Below, piece by piece: positions 28,104 through 37,250 of a stretch of DNA of 64,000 bases (positions are counted from its first letter, which is position 1; every line of letters begins with the position of its first letter). The notes beneath the pieces were generated by a model. That model was not told the origin of the DNA. It saw only the letters and a list, made by a program, of their open reading frames with translations, and searched no databases. This DNA is from a virus (Duplodnaviria; Heunggongvirae; Uroviricota; Caudoviricetes). The stretch lies in the IMG/VR virus record IMGVR_UViG_3300029621_000179. One strand, 5' to 3'. Both the position numbers and the translations under genes were made by a program.

Positions 28104-28135
28104 GGGGCTTGCCGGTAACGGCAGCCCTTTTCTTC
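28104..28135 (+). terminator. candidate intrinsic terminator
   Basis: GGGGCTTGCCG-gtaa-CGGCAGCCC followed by TTTTCTTCT. Confidence 0.35.
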
Positions 28136-28185
28136 TGCTGTAATACGCACAGTTCCGGGCGGCTATCTTTGTGTAGTATAGCCGC

Positions 28186-28214
28186 TTGATAGTGTGTGAC
28201 ATAGACGGTAATAT
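28186..28214 (+). promoter_or_regulatory. repeated phage promoter copy (TTGATA-17-TAATAT)
   Basis: TTGTGTAGTATAGCCGC upstream; leader GCACATACCGAAACGGAAAACC...ACGGAGG. Confidence 0.55.
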
Positions 28215-28258
28215 GCACATACCGAAACGGAAAACCAAGAAAAACGGAGGAAACCACC

Positions 28259-28450
28259 ATGAAGAAGAACATTACCAAGGAAGAAGAAAAAGCCCTGCTG
28301 GAGATCGCCAAGCGCCTGATGGCAGCGGTAGACAGCCGGGGCGACCTCGAAGCCCGCGACAATGACAGCGAGGACTTCATTGAGGTTCCGGTCTGGGGCG
28401 TCCAGAAAGCAATGGAGGAAGCCTACCTGCTGGGACGGATGACCAGATAA
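28259..28450 (+). CDS. small acidic hypothetical protein
   Basis: 63 aa ORF; RBS ACGGAGG. Confidence 0.45.
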   Translation: MKKNITKEEEKALLEIAKRLMAAVDSRGDLEARDNDSEDFIEVPVWGVQKAMEEAYLLGRMTR

Positions 28451-28522
28451 ACCGACAGCCTCCGACACAGCCCCACACAGGGGCAGATGTGGGGGTGTGG
28501 ATGCGCCAGGAAGGAAAAGCAC

Positions 28523-28729
28523 ATGGGAGAACGGATGATGGATACCATCGTGGAAATCTACAACCACATGAATGACAGCGATAAGGATGCCTTCACACTG
28601 GGGGATGCCGAGGATATGGTGGAAGACCAGATTAGGATGGACAAGGAAGCCGGGCGGGAACCGCTGACATATGACCCGCAGCTCTTTTACGATACCGTTG
28701 TGGAACTCATGGAGCAGGACGCAGAGTGA
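28523..28729 (+). CDS. small acidic hypothetical protein
   Basis: 68 aa ORF; ATG after GGAAGGAAAAG. Confidence 0.4.
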   Translation: MGERMMDTIVEIYNHMNDSDKDAFTLGDAEDMVEDQIRMDKEAGREPLTYDPQLFYDTVVELMEQDAE

Positions 28730-28778
28730 CGTACATTCTGCCTGGTATTCCGGGTGGAAGATCGTGTACTTTAGCCGC

Positions 28779-28807
28779 TTGCTATTCTTTGCACCTGACG
28801 GTAATAT
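28779..28807 (+). promoter_or_regulatory. repeated phage promoter copy (TTGCTA-17-TAATAT)
   Basis: ATCGTGTACTTTAGCCGC upstream; leader GCACATACCGAAAGGGGAAAGCC...ACGGAGG. Confidence 0.55.
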
Positions 28808-28864
28808 GCACATACCGAAAGGGGAAAGCCCCAAGGGAAAAACGAAAACACGGAGGAATTCACC

Positions 28865-29149
28865 ATGAAAAAGCATTTGATCGACTTTCCAGAAAACAAC
28901 ATCAGCATTGAGAGTTTCTACGACCGACTCAGACCTTGCTACGACAGCATCATGCAGTTCGGTGACCGGGTTTTGGTTGCCCAGATGAACTGGAACGGCA
29001 TGCTGGAGGGAGCGGTATACGGATTTGTGGAAGACCCAGAGGAAGGCTGGTCACCGATTGAGTGCCGACTGGAGCTTCTGAAGATTTCCGATGAGACCTA
29101 CACGGATGCTGGTCACGCGATCGAGTGGTGCATCAAGAACGCACACTGA
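28865..29149 (+). CDS. small hypothetical protein
   Basis: 94 aa ORF; RBS ACGGAGG. Confidence 0.45.
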   Translation: MKKHLIDFPENNISIESFYDRLRPCYDSIMQFGDRVLVAQMNWNGMLEGAVYGFVEDPEEGWSPIECRLELLKISDETYTDAGHAIEWCIKNAH

Positions 29150-29261
29150 AAAAGGGCAGAGCTCCTTCGGGGGCTTTTGCTCGTAGTGGCGGATTCTTCC
29201 AGTGTGGAAATACACATAAATCCGACAAAAAGAGGTGTGTATGATCGTGCAGCATAGCCGC

Positions 29262-29290
29262 TTGCTATGTCCGGGCAGTGACGGTAATAT
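29262..29290 (+). promoter_or_regulatory. repeated phage promoter copy (TTGCTA-17-TAATAT)
   Basis: ATCGTGCAGCATAGCCGC upstream; leader ACAGTCACAACGAAGGGAAAAGCC...ACGGAGG. Confidence 0.55.
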
Positions 29291-29348
29291 ACAGTCACAA
29301 CGAAGGGAAAAGCCCTACGGAAAACAAAACACACGGAGGATACAGACC

Positions 29349-29726
29349 ATGACGAACAAAGCAAAAACCTACCTTAAGAACATTCAGGAAGCTGACACCG
29401 AGAAGAAGCTGATCGGCATCGAGATCGCCTTCAAGCAGGACATGACCCTTGGCTGCAGCGACCTCGGAAGCCTTTGCAGGGCGGCAGAAGACAAGCGGTA
29501 CAGCCTGCGGAATAACGAGGAAACGCTGAAGCTGAAGCAGATCCTTTTCTTCCGGACGAAAGCGGAGATGGATGCCTACCACGACATGAGCCGCAAGCCG
29601 GAAGACTGGACGGAAGCGGAGATCGAGCAGCAGAGAAGCCGCTTCTGCAGCGTCTGGCAGGTCATCGAGGAAGCGGAGCTGGTCGATGAATACGAGGCTT
29701 GGAAGGAAGCCAACCCCAACGCCTAA
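29349..29726 (+). CDS. hypothetical protein
   Basis: 125 aa ORF; RBS ACGGAGGA. Confidence 0.45.
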   Translation: MTNKAKTYLKNIQEADTEKKLIGIEIAFKQDMTLGCSDLGSLCRAAEDKRYSLRNNEETLKLKQILFFRTKAEMDAYHDMSRKPEDWTEAEIEQQRSRFCSVWQVIEEAELVDEYEAWKEANPNA

Positions 29727-29859
29727 CAGCACCCGAAAGGTACACGCCCCGAAAAGGGGCTGTGCCTCGTATCCGATGTGTTTTATATAAAGTTGCCGAA
29801 ATGGGAAACTATTTGTTAGTTATAATGAAAAGTTTCCTGCTTGGGAAAATGCTATTACA

Positions 29860-29887
29860 AGGACTTCTTTGGAGGTCCTTTTTCTTT
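29860..29887 (+). terminator. hairpin plus T-run upstream of terminase genes
   Basis: AGGAC-loop-GTCCT followed by TTTTCTTT. Confidence 0.35.
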
Positions 29888-29917
29888 ACCCATTTTTGCA
29901 GAAAGGAGGAGATGCCA

Positions 29918-30397
29918 ATGGCTACCAGAGGGAGAAAACCAAAGCCGACCGCCATGAAGGAACTGGAAGGTAATCCGGGCAAGCATCCGCTGAACACCAG
30001 CGAACCGAAGCCCAATAAGAAAGCACCGGCCTGTCCGAAGTGGCTGGAGCCGGAAGCAAAGAAAGAGTGGCGTAGACTTGCCAAACAGATGGAAGCCATC
30101 GGCATCCTGACCGAAGTGGACATGGCGGCCTTTGCCGGTTACTGTCAGGCGTATGCCCGATGGAAGGAGGCAGAGGAGTTCATCACCCAGCACGGCACTA
30201 TCGTCAAGACCCCGTCCGGGTACTGGCAGCAGGTGCCGCAGGTGTCCATCGCCCAGACCTATCTAAAGATCATGAACAAGTTTGCAGAGCAGTTCGGTCT
30301 GACCCCGTCCTCCCGAAGCCGGATCATTGCTTCGGACGGCGGTCCGGCGGATGCAGCTGATGAGATGGAGAATCTGCTGGGAGGAGGTGGAAGCTGA
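29918..30397 (+). CDS. terS: terminase small subunit (P27 family)
   Basis: RBS GAAAGGAGGAG; N-terminus MATRGRKPKPTAMKELEGNPGKHPLN is typical of P27-family TerS; directly upstream of TerL. Confidence 0.7.
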   Translation: MATRGRKPKPTAMKELEGNPGKHPLNTSEPKPNKKAPACPKWLEPEAKKEWRRLAKQMEAIGILTEVDMAAFAGYCQAYARWKEAEEFITQHGTIVKTPSGYWQQVPQVSIAQTYLKIMNKFAEQFGLTPSSRSRIIASDGGPADAADEMENLLGGGGS

Positions 30398-32022
30398 TGG
30401 CAGAGTGCAGACCCCAAAACTATCCGAAACTGAAGGACTACAAACCCAGCCGGTTCATGCTTCCGACCTGCCATTACGATGCCGCAAAAGCAGACCGGGC
30501 AGTGACTTTTATCGAAAACCTGCGTCATACCAAAGGCAAGTGGGCGGGCAAGCGGTTCTGGCTGCTTCCTTGGCAGGAGCAGATCATCCGGGATGTGTTC
30601 GGCATCGTGGATGAAAAGGGAAACCGTCAGTTTCGCACGGCTTATGTCGAAATAGGTAAGAAGAACGGCAAGTCCGAACTTGCCGCTGCGGTGGCCTTGT
30701 ATCTGCTTTTTGCCGATAATGAGCCATCTGCCGAAGTCTATGGTGCGGCGGCTGACCGCCAGCAGGCATCCATTGTTTTTGATGTTGCCCACCAGATGGT
30801 GCAGATGACCCCGGCACTTTTGAAACGGTGCAAGATCATGGCAGCCACCAAGCGCATCGTGAACTACGGGAACGCAGGATTTTATCAGGTTCTGTCTGCC
30901 GAAGTTGGTACGAAGCACGGTCTGAACGTGTCAGGTCTGGTGCTGGATGAGGTTCATGCCCAGCCAAACCGAAAACTCTACGATGTCCTTACCAAAGGTT
31001 CCGGTGATGCCCGTGAGCAGCCGTTGTTCTTCCTGATCACCACGGCCGGCACGGACAAGGAGAGCATCTGCTACGAGCTCCACATGAAAGCCCTTGACCT
31101 GCTGGCTGGACGTAAGATCGACCACACCTTTTATCCTGTGGTCTATGGACTGACAGATGAGGATGACTGGCATGATGAAGCCAACTGGTATAAGGCAAAT
31201 CCCTCATTGGGGCAGACCATTCAGATCCAGCGTGTCCGGGATGCATATCAGGAAGCACTGGATAACCCGGCAGAGGAGAATGTGTTCAAGCAGCTTCGTC
31301 TGAACATGTGGGTGTCCTCGCTGACCCGGTTTATCCCGGAACACATCTATGACCTCGGCAATCAGCCGATCGATATGGAAGCACTTAAAGGCCGTGACTG
31401 TTATGGAGGACTGGACTTGTCCAGCACTGGAGACATCACGGCTTTTGTGCTGATGTTCCCGCCCAGAGTTCCAGAGGAGAAGTACATCATGCTTCCGTTT
31501 TTCTGGATACCGGAGGATACAATCCCCCAGCGGGTGCGCAGGGCATCCGTTCCGTATGATGTCTGGTATCAGCAGGGCTACCTGATGGCGACAGAAGGCA
31601 ATGTCATCCACTACGGATTTATCGAAAAAGTCATTGAGGAGCTGGGCAAGACCTATCACATTCTGGAGATTGCCTTTGACCGATGGGGTGCGGTGCAGAT
31701 GACCCAGAACCTTGAGGGGATGGGATTTACGGTCGTGCCTTTCGGTCAGGGTTTTAAAGATATGAGCCCGCCTACCAAAGAGTTCTACAAGCTCCTGATG
31801 GAAGGGCGTATTACCCACGGCGGCAACCCGGTCATGGCATGGATGGCGGGGAATGTGGTCGTGGATACCGACCCGGCAGGCAATATCAAGCCGACAAAGG
31901 CAAAATCGCCGGAGAAGATCGATGGTATCGTCGCTGCGATCATGGCACTGGACCGCTGCATCCGAAACGAAGGACAGCAGCAGGGAAGCGTCTATGACGA
32001 ACGTGACATGATCGTTTTTTGA
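30397..32022 (+). CDS. terL: terminase large subunit
   Basis: 541 aa with a Walker-A-like region (VEIGKKNGKSEL), the ATPase segment LVLDEVHA, and a C-terminal nuclease domain; it overlaps terS. Confidence 0.85.
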   Translation: MAECRPQNYPKLKDYKPSRFMLPTCHYDAAKADRAVTFIENLRHTKGKWAGKRFWLLPWQEQIIRDVFGIVDEKGNRQFRTAYVEIGKKNGKSELAAAVALYLLFADNEPSAEVYGAAADRQQASIVFDVAHQMVQMTPALLKRCKIMAATKRIVNYGNAGFYQVLSAEVGTKHGLNVSGLVLDEVHAQPNRKLYDVLTKGSGDAREQPLFFLITTAGTDKESICYELHMKALDLLAGRKIDHTFYPVVYGLTDEDDWHDEANWYKANPSLGQTIQIQRVRDAYQEALDNPAEENVFKQLRLNMWVSSLTRFIPEHIYDLGNQPIDMEALKGRDCYGGLDLSSTGDITAFVLMFPPRVPEEKYIMLPFFWIPEDTIPQRVRRASVPYDVWYQQGYLMATEGNVIHYGFIEKVIEELGKTYHILEIAFDRWGAVQMTQNLEGMGFTVVPFGQGFKDMSPPTKEFYKLLMEGRITHGGNPVMAWMAGNVVVDTDPAGNIKPTKAKSPEKIDGIVAAIMALDRCIRNEGQQQGSVYDERDMIVF

Positions 32023-32046
32023 TATGAAGATTTGGAGGAAAACACA

Positions 32047-32262
32047 ATGAAGTATCTGATGAGTGCAGAATGGTGGAAGGCAGCCGGCATCCGTGCTGCA
32101 AAGACAATGTTCCAGACCGGCGCGGCCCTGGTCGTGACACAGATGCCCGGCGGCACGGTGGACTGGATGGCGGTCGGCAGTGCAGTGATCGTGGCAGGTG
32201 TTGCGTCCCTCGGTACCAGCCTTGCCGGTCTGCCGGAACTGGAAAAGGGGGATAAGGCTTAA
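32047..32262 (+). CDS. small membrane protein (holin-like, two hydrophobic segments)
   Basis: 72 aa with two hydrophobic stretches; the position between TerL and portal is atypical for a holin. Confidence 0.3.
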   Translation: MKYLMSAEWWKAAGIRAAKTMFQTGAALVVTQMPGGTVDWMAVGSAVIVAGVASLGTSLAGLPELEKGDKA

Positions 32263-33659
32263 TGGGATTCTGGGAATGGATGGGGTTTGAGAATCCGAGG
32301 GATTCTCCCAAAACAGAACAGCCAAAAGAAGGTCTGCCGAAGGTCACGGATAACGTCCGCGATTCCGGGCAGACCTTTGTGTTTGGCCGCTCCAATGCCG
32401 GGGAGCAGGTGGATGAGAAAGCAGCCATGCAGATACCGACTGTGTATGCCTGTGTCCGTCTGCTGGCAGAGTCCATTGCGGCACTGCCGCTGCATCTGTA
32501 CCGGATGACAGACGATAACGGCAACAAGGAAAAGGCGAGGGATCATCCGCTGTATAAGATCCTGTATCGCCAGCCCAACCCGGAGATGACATCCTTTGTC
32601 TTCTGGGAAACACTGATGACCCACCTGCTCCTCTGGGGCAACGCCTACGCACAGATCGTCCGGGATGGCAAGAATACGGTACTGGGTCTGTATCCGCTTT
32701 TACCGGAAAATGTCGAAGTGGATCGAGACGAGAGCGGTGAGCTCTACTATATCTACCACGCATACACGGATGAAGTTCCGGGAGAGCAGAATAAGGACAT
32801 CTACTTCCGCCGGGACGAGATCTTCCATGTGCCGGGGCTTGGGTTTAATGGTCTGATCGGTTTCTCACCGATCGCCATGATGAAGAACAGCCTCGGTACT
32901 TCCATTGCGGTGGATAAGTACGGTTCTTCTTTCTTCAAGAACGGCGCACAGCCCAGTGGTGTGCTGGAACATCCCGGCGTTGTGAAAGACCCGAACCGTA
33001 TCCGGGATAGCTGGGAAGCGGCTTATGGTGGCGCAGCGAACGCCCATCGTGTGGCAGTGCTGGAAGAGGGCATGGCCTACAAACCGATCTCCCTGCCGCC
33101 GGAAGACAGCCAGTTTTTGGAAACGAAGCAGTTTTCCGTGACGGAGATCTGCCGCATCTTCCGTGTGCCTCCGCATCTGGTAGCCGATCTGTCCAGAGCC
33201 ACATTCTCCAATATTGAATACCAGTCGCTGAACTTCGTGATGCACTCCCTGACCCCGTGGCTTGTCCGCATCGAGCAGGGCATCATCAAGGATCTGCTGC
33301 TGGAAGAGGAGCAGGATACCTACTTTCCAAAATTCAATGTGGACGGTCTGCTCCGTGGCGATTACCAGAGCCGGATGAACGGTTATGCGACCGGCATCAG
33401 CAACGGCTTCCTCTCTCCGAATGATGTGCATCGTCTGGAGAACATGGATCTCATCCCGGCAGAGGAGGGTGGTGACGACTACTACCTGAACGGCGGCTAT
33501 GTGAAGCTGAAAGATGCAGGAGTGGCACAGCAGAATAAAGCTGCCGCAGTCCAGCAGAATCAGCCGAAACAGACACAGCCCGACCCGGAAGAAGAACCTG
33601 ACAGCGATAACAGGCTGAGTGAGAGTAAGCCTCAAAAAACAGGAAGGAGAACCCAATGA
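32262..33659 (+). CDS. portal protein (HK97 family)
   Basis: 465 aa; the conserved portal segment IPTVYACVRLLAESIAALPL; it sits between TerL and the protease. Confidence 0.8.
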   Translation: MGFWEWMGFENPRDSPKTEQPKEGLPKVTDNVRDSGQTFVFGRSNAGEQVDEKAAMQIPTVYACVRLLAESIAALPLHLYRMTDDNGNKEKARDHPLYKILYRQPNPEMTSFVFWETLMTHLLLWGNAYAQIVRDGKNTVLGLYPLLPENVEVDRDESGELYYIYHAYTDEVPGEQNKDIYFRRDEIFHVPGLGFNGLIGFSPIAMMKNSLGTSIAVDKYGSSFFKNGAQPSGVLEHPGVVKDPNRIRDSWEAAYGGAANAHRVAVLEEGMAYKPISLPPEDSQFLETKQFSVTEICRIFRVPPHLVADLSRATFSNIEYQSLNFVMHSLTPWLVRIEQGIIKDLLLEEEQDTYFPKFNVDGLLRGDYQSRMNGYATGISNGFLSPNDVHRLENMDLIPAEEGGDDYYLNGGYVKLKDAGVAQQNKAAAVQQNQPKQTQPDPEEEPDSDNRLSESKPQKTGRRTQ

Positions 33660-34555
33660 AGAAATTCTGGAACTGGATCAAAAACAGTGACGACACCAGA
33701 ATCCTCCGGCTGGAAGGTCCCATCGATGAGGAATCATTCTGGGGTGATGAGATCACGCCGCAGATGTTTCGGGATGAGCTGGAATCCGGCGAAGGGGATG
33801 TGACCGTCTGGATCAACAGTCCGGGCGGAAATGTGTTCGCCGCTGCCGAGATCTATACCATGCTTAAGGACTACAAGGGCAGCATCACGGTCAAGATCGA
33901 TGCAATTGCGGCATCTGCTGCATCTGTTGTGGCAATGGCCGGTGATACTGTCCAGATGAGTCCTGTTGCCATGCTGATGATCCACGACCCCAGCACCGTT
34001 GCGATGGGCAATACCAAGGACATGGAAAAGGCCATTGAAGTGCTGACCGAAGTCAAGGAGAGCATCATCAATGCCTATGCTGCAAAGAGCGGTCTCAGCC
34101 ACGCTCGTATCGCCAACCTCATGAGCAATGAGACCTGGATGAATGCGAAGAAGGCTGTTGAGCTGGGCTTTGCAGACGAGATCCTTTTTGCAAAGAAAGA
34201 GGAGGAGCCGGACAGTGACCCGGCAGACCCGGAGAATCCGGAAGAAGACCCCGACAGTGAACCGGGCGAGGGCGAAGAAAAGAAGCCGTTCCAGAAGGAT
34301 ACGGCAGGGCACCTTTTCTCCAGCCGTCAGATGGATCTAATCGTCCTGAACCGTCTGGGTGTGAAGCCGGAAGATGTGGGACAGAAGCACACTGAGCCGA
34401 AGGAGCCGCCTGTTGAACCAAAAACGTTCGCAGAGCCGACCCCTCCGGCAGAACCGTCTGCCAATCCGGGGCCTGTTCTTGACATGGACGGCAAGACCGA
34501 GGATGGCAGCATCCCCTACAATATCCTGATGAAGCAGCTTGAATGCATGAAGTGA
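33656..34555 (+). CDS. prohead protease (ClpP/S14 family)
   Basis: ClpP-like motifs INSPGGNVFAAAEIY and ASAASVVAMAGD; C-terminal extension. Confidence 0.8.
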   Translation: MKKFWNWIKNSDDTRILRLEGPIDEESFWGDEITPQMFRDELESGEGDVTVWINSPGGNVFAAAEIYTMLKDYKGSITVKIDAIAASAASVVAMAGDTVQMSPVAMLMIHDPSTVAMGNTKDMEKAIEVLTEVKESIINAYAAKSGLSHARIANLMSNETWMNAKKAVELGFADEILFAKKEEEPDSDPADPENPEEDPDSEPGEGEEKKPFQKDTAGHLFSSRQMDLIVLNRLGVKPEDVGQKHTEPKEPPVEPKTFAEPTPPAEPSANPGPVLDMDGKTEDGSIPYNILMKQLECMK

Positions 34556-34612
34556 TGTGCGTTCAGGCTGTTTTTCATATCACCACAAATCAATCTATGG
34601 AGGACAAACACT

Positions 34613-35818
34613 ATGAGTAAGATTCTGGAACTGCGCACCAAGCGCAACACTCTCTGGGAGCAGACCAAGGACTTTCTGGAGAAGAACCGCGGCGAGAATG
34701 GTCTGGTAAAGGCTGAGGCCGTGGAGCAGTACAACAAGATGGCACAGGAGGTCAAGGACCTGGGTGCAGAGATCGAGCGTCTGGAGCAGCAGGCACAGAT
34801 CGAGGCACAGCTGTCCGCACCGACTTCCAGTCCTGTCCATGCTGACCCGAAGAACGGTGCCAAGAAGGATGTCAAGCCGACCGCCACTGCCGAGTATGCC
34901 GAGAACTTCTGGAACATGATCCGCAACCGTGGCCATTACGGCGAGGTTCGCAATGCCCTGTCTGTGGGTGAGGACACCGAGGGCGGCTTTACCGTTCCCG
35001 ATGAGTTCGAGAAGAAGCTGGTGGAGGCACTGGAGGAGAACAACATCTTCCGTGGCCTGGCAACCGTCATCCGCACCAGCTCCGGCACCCGCAAGATTCC
35101 TATCGCAGAGGATACCGGTGAGGCAAGCTGGATCGATGAGGGCGAGGAGATCCCGGAGAGCGATACCACCTTCGGCCAGACCATGCTGTCTGCGTACAAG
35201 CTGGGCACTATGATCAAGATCTCCAATGAGCTGCTGAACGACTCCGCTTTCGACCTCGCCACCTATATTGCCCGCCGTTTCGGTGTGCGTATGGGCAACG
35301 CAGAGGAGCGCGCCTTTATCACCGGTGACGGTGTGGGCAAGCCTCTGGGTCTGCTGGCTGAGACTGGCGGTGCCAAGGTCGGCGTGACCGCTGCCCAGAA
35401 GGATGCCGTTACCTTCGATGAGATTTTCAAGCTCTACTATGCACTGAAGGCCCCGTATCGCAAGAAGGCACAGTTCCTCTGCAACGAAGCCCTGGTGCTG
35501 CAGCTGATGACCATTAAGGACAACAACGGCAACTATATCTGGAAGCCGGGTCTGGAGATCGGCAAGCCTGATACCCTGCTGAACCGTCCGCTGAAGACTT
35601 CCGCCTTCATGCCGGAGATCAAGGGCGGCAGCAAGGTCATGGCCTTTGGCGATTACAGCTACTACTGGGTGGCTGACCGCCAGAACCGTACCTTCCGCCG
35701 TCTGAACGAGCTGTATGCCCGTACTGATCAGGTTGGTTTCCTGACCACCCAGCGTGTGGATGGCAAGCTGATCCTGCCTGAAGCCGTACAGCTTCTGCAG
35801 ATGGCACCGCAGGGCTAA
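34613..35818 (+). CDS. major capsid protein (HK97 fold)
   Basis: N-terminal coiled-coil delta-domain-like region followed by an HK97-family capsid body; it is placed after the protease. Confidence 0.8.
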   Translation: MSKILELRTKRNTLWEQTKDFLEKNRGENGLVKAEAVEQYNKMAQEVKDLGAEIERLEQQAQIEAQLSAPTSSPVHADPKNGAKKDVKPTATAEYAENFWNMIRNRGHYGEVRNALSVGEDTEGGFTVPDEFEKKLVEALEENNIFRGLATVIRTSSGTRKIPIAEDTGEASWIDEGEEIPESDTTFGQTMLSAYKLGTMIKISNELLNDSAFDLATYIARRFGVRMGNAEERAFITGDGVGKPLGLLAETGGAKVGVTAAQKDAVTFDEIFKLYYALKAPYRKKAQFLCNEALVLQLMTIKDNNGNYIWKPGLEIGKPDTLLNRPLKTSAFMPEIKGGSKVMAFGDYSYYWVADRQNRTFRRLNELYARTDQVGFLTTQRVDGKLILPEAVQLLQMAPQG

Positions 35819-35844
35819 GAAAGCCAGGAAAGGAGGAGCCGGTT

Positions 35845-36183
35845 ATGGCACTGATCCCGCTTTACGAAGCGAAGACCTATCTCCGCGTAGACAGCAGTGA
35901 TGAGGATGCCCTGATCGGCATCCTTTTATCTTCTGCGGAGCAGATGTGCAAGGAAGTGGGCCGTCTATCGGAAGACCAGTGGGAGGCAGTCAATGCCGCT
36001 GACCGGGATACCGAGAACGGAGTACAGCCCACAAGGGAACTGGAAGCCCTGCGCAGCACCTGCCGTGTGGCGATTCTGTATGCACTGGGGTATCTCTATG
36101 AGCACCGGGACGAAGCTGACCATAAGCAGCTGATGCTGACGCTTCGTTCCATTCTGTTTGCTGTGAGGGAGGGGGTGTTCTGA
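35845..36183 (+). CDS. head-tail connector (gp6-like)
   Basis: 112 aa; the sequence and position are typical of the Phage_connect_1 family. Confidence 0.6.
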   Translation: MALIPLYEAKTYLRVDSSDEDALIGILLSSAEQMCKEVGRLSEDQWEAVNAADRDTENGVQPTRELEALRSTCRVAILYALGYLYEHRDEADHKQLMLTLRSILFAVREGVF

Positions 36184-36536
36184 TGATTGAGAAACTGAAT
36201 GAGCGGATCACGATCGAGAAAAGCACGGTCGTGACCGATAAGGTTGGAAACCATCGGAACACATGGGAGGAATACTTCACCTGCTTTGCCTACGCTTCGA
36301 CCTATCAGGCGCAGGAAGAAGAGGGTGAGGTCACAGCCGAACAGAAGAGCGTGGTGTTCACGGTTCGCTGGTGCAGTGAGACCAGAGGATTAACTTCCAC
36401 TGGTTTCCGCATCCGCTTCCGGGAGCAGCTCTACAATATCGAATCTGTTGACCCGATGAACTATCAGAAGAAGATCCTGAAGATTCATTGCCGTCTGGAG
36501 AGGAGGCAGCCGGATGAGCAGAACTGTCAGCATTGA
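36183..36536 (+). CDS. head closure / head-tail adaptor protein
   Basis: 117 aa; Phage_H_T_join-like; overlapping start codons. Confidence 0.6.
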   Translation: MIEKLNERITIEKSTVVTDKVGNHRNTWEEYFTCFAYASTYQAQEEEGEVTAEQKSVVFTVRWCSETRGLTSTGFRIRFREQLYNIESVDPMNYQKKILKIHCRLERRQPDEQNCQH

Positions 36537-36891
36537 TGAGATGGCAGATGCCATCAACGAGGGCTTAAAAGAATATGCAACCCTTGCTTCCACGCAGGTG
36601 AAAAGTGCTGTGCGTAAGTCTGCCAAAACGGTCAAAGACCAGATTTCCGCCAATGCACCGTCCAGGACGGGCGCGTACAAGGGAAGCTGGGTGGCGACCA
36701 AACAGTCCGAATCCAGCCAGAGCCTTCAGATGGTGGTGCATTCCAAGAACCGCTACCAGCTGGCACATCTGTTGGAAAAGGGACATGCCAAGCGCGGCGG
36801 CGGTCGTGTGGCAGGAAGACCGCATATTGCCCCGGCTGAACAAGCAGGTATCGAGCAGCTCCAGTCCCTCATCGAAAAGGCACTAAAGTAA
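36514..36891 (+). CDS. HK97 gp10-family tail component
   Basis: 125 aa; the segment MVVHSKNRYQLAHLLEKGH is typical of the gp10 family. Confidence 0.6.
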   Translation: MSRTVSIDEMADAINEGLKEYATLASTQVKSAVRKSAKTVKDQISANAPSRTGAYKGSWVATKQSESSQSLQMVVHSKNRYQLAHLLEKGHAKRGGGRVAGRPHIAPAEQAGIEQLQSLIEKALK

Positions 36892-36901
36892 GGAGAAACC
36901 A

Positions 36902-37219
36902 ATGACCCACGAAGAAGTAAAAGCTCTGGTGGAGGAGATGGGGCTTCCTTATGCGTATGACCATTTCGCAGAAGGGGAGAGCCCTGATCCACCGTTTATC
37001 TGCTTCCTGTATCCGAAAGCCGAGAATTTCGGTGCGGATAACCTTGTGTATCACCACTTCAACCGGCTGGACATTGAGGTGTACACCGATTACAAAGACC
37101 CGGATATGGAAGCAACTATTGAAGAAGTCCTGACTTTGCATGAACTCTATTATGAGAAAAGCGAGGTCTGGATTGAAACCGAAAAGATGTATGAAGTCCT
37201 GTATGAGCTGACCGTATAA
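36902..37219 (+). CDS. hypothetical tail-completion region protein
   Basis: 105 aa ORF located between the gp10-like protein and the major tail gene. Confidence 0.4.
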   Translation: MTHEEVKALVEEMGLPYAYDHFAEGESPDPPFICFLYPKAENFGADNLVYHHFNRLDIEVYTDYKDPDMEATIEEVLTLHELYYEKSEVWIETEKMYEVLYELTV

Positions 37220-37250
37220 GCCGGCCGCAGGGCGATAGGAGGAATAACCT

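Noticed and set aside
21069-29290. CRISPR array suggested by regularly spaced repeats
   Set aside because: The repeats are ~75 bp promoter/leader modules spaced 600-700 bp apart. Each is followed by an RBS and ORF, which is not the pattern of short 25-40 bp repeats with equal-length spacers. No cas genes are present.
29912-29917. Alternative terS start at ATG 29912
   Set aside because: It leaves only 1-4 nt after the GGAGGAG Shine-Dalgarno. ATG 29918 has normal spacing, and both are in frame, so the choice barely affects the call.
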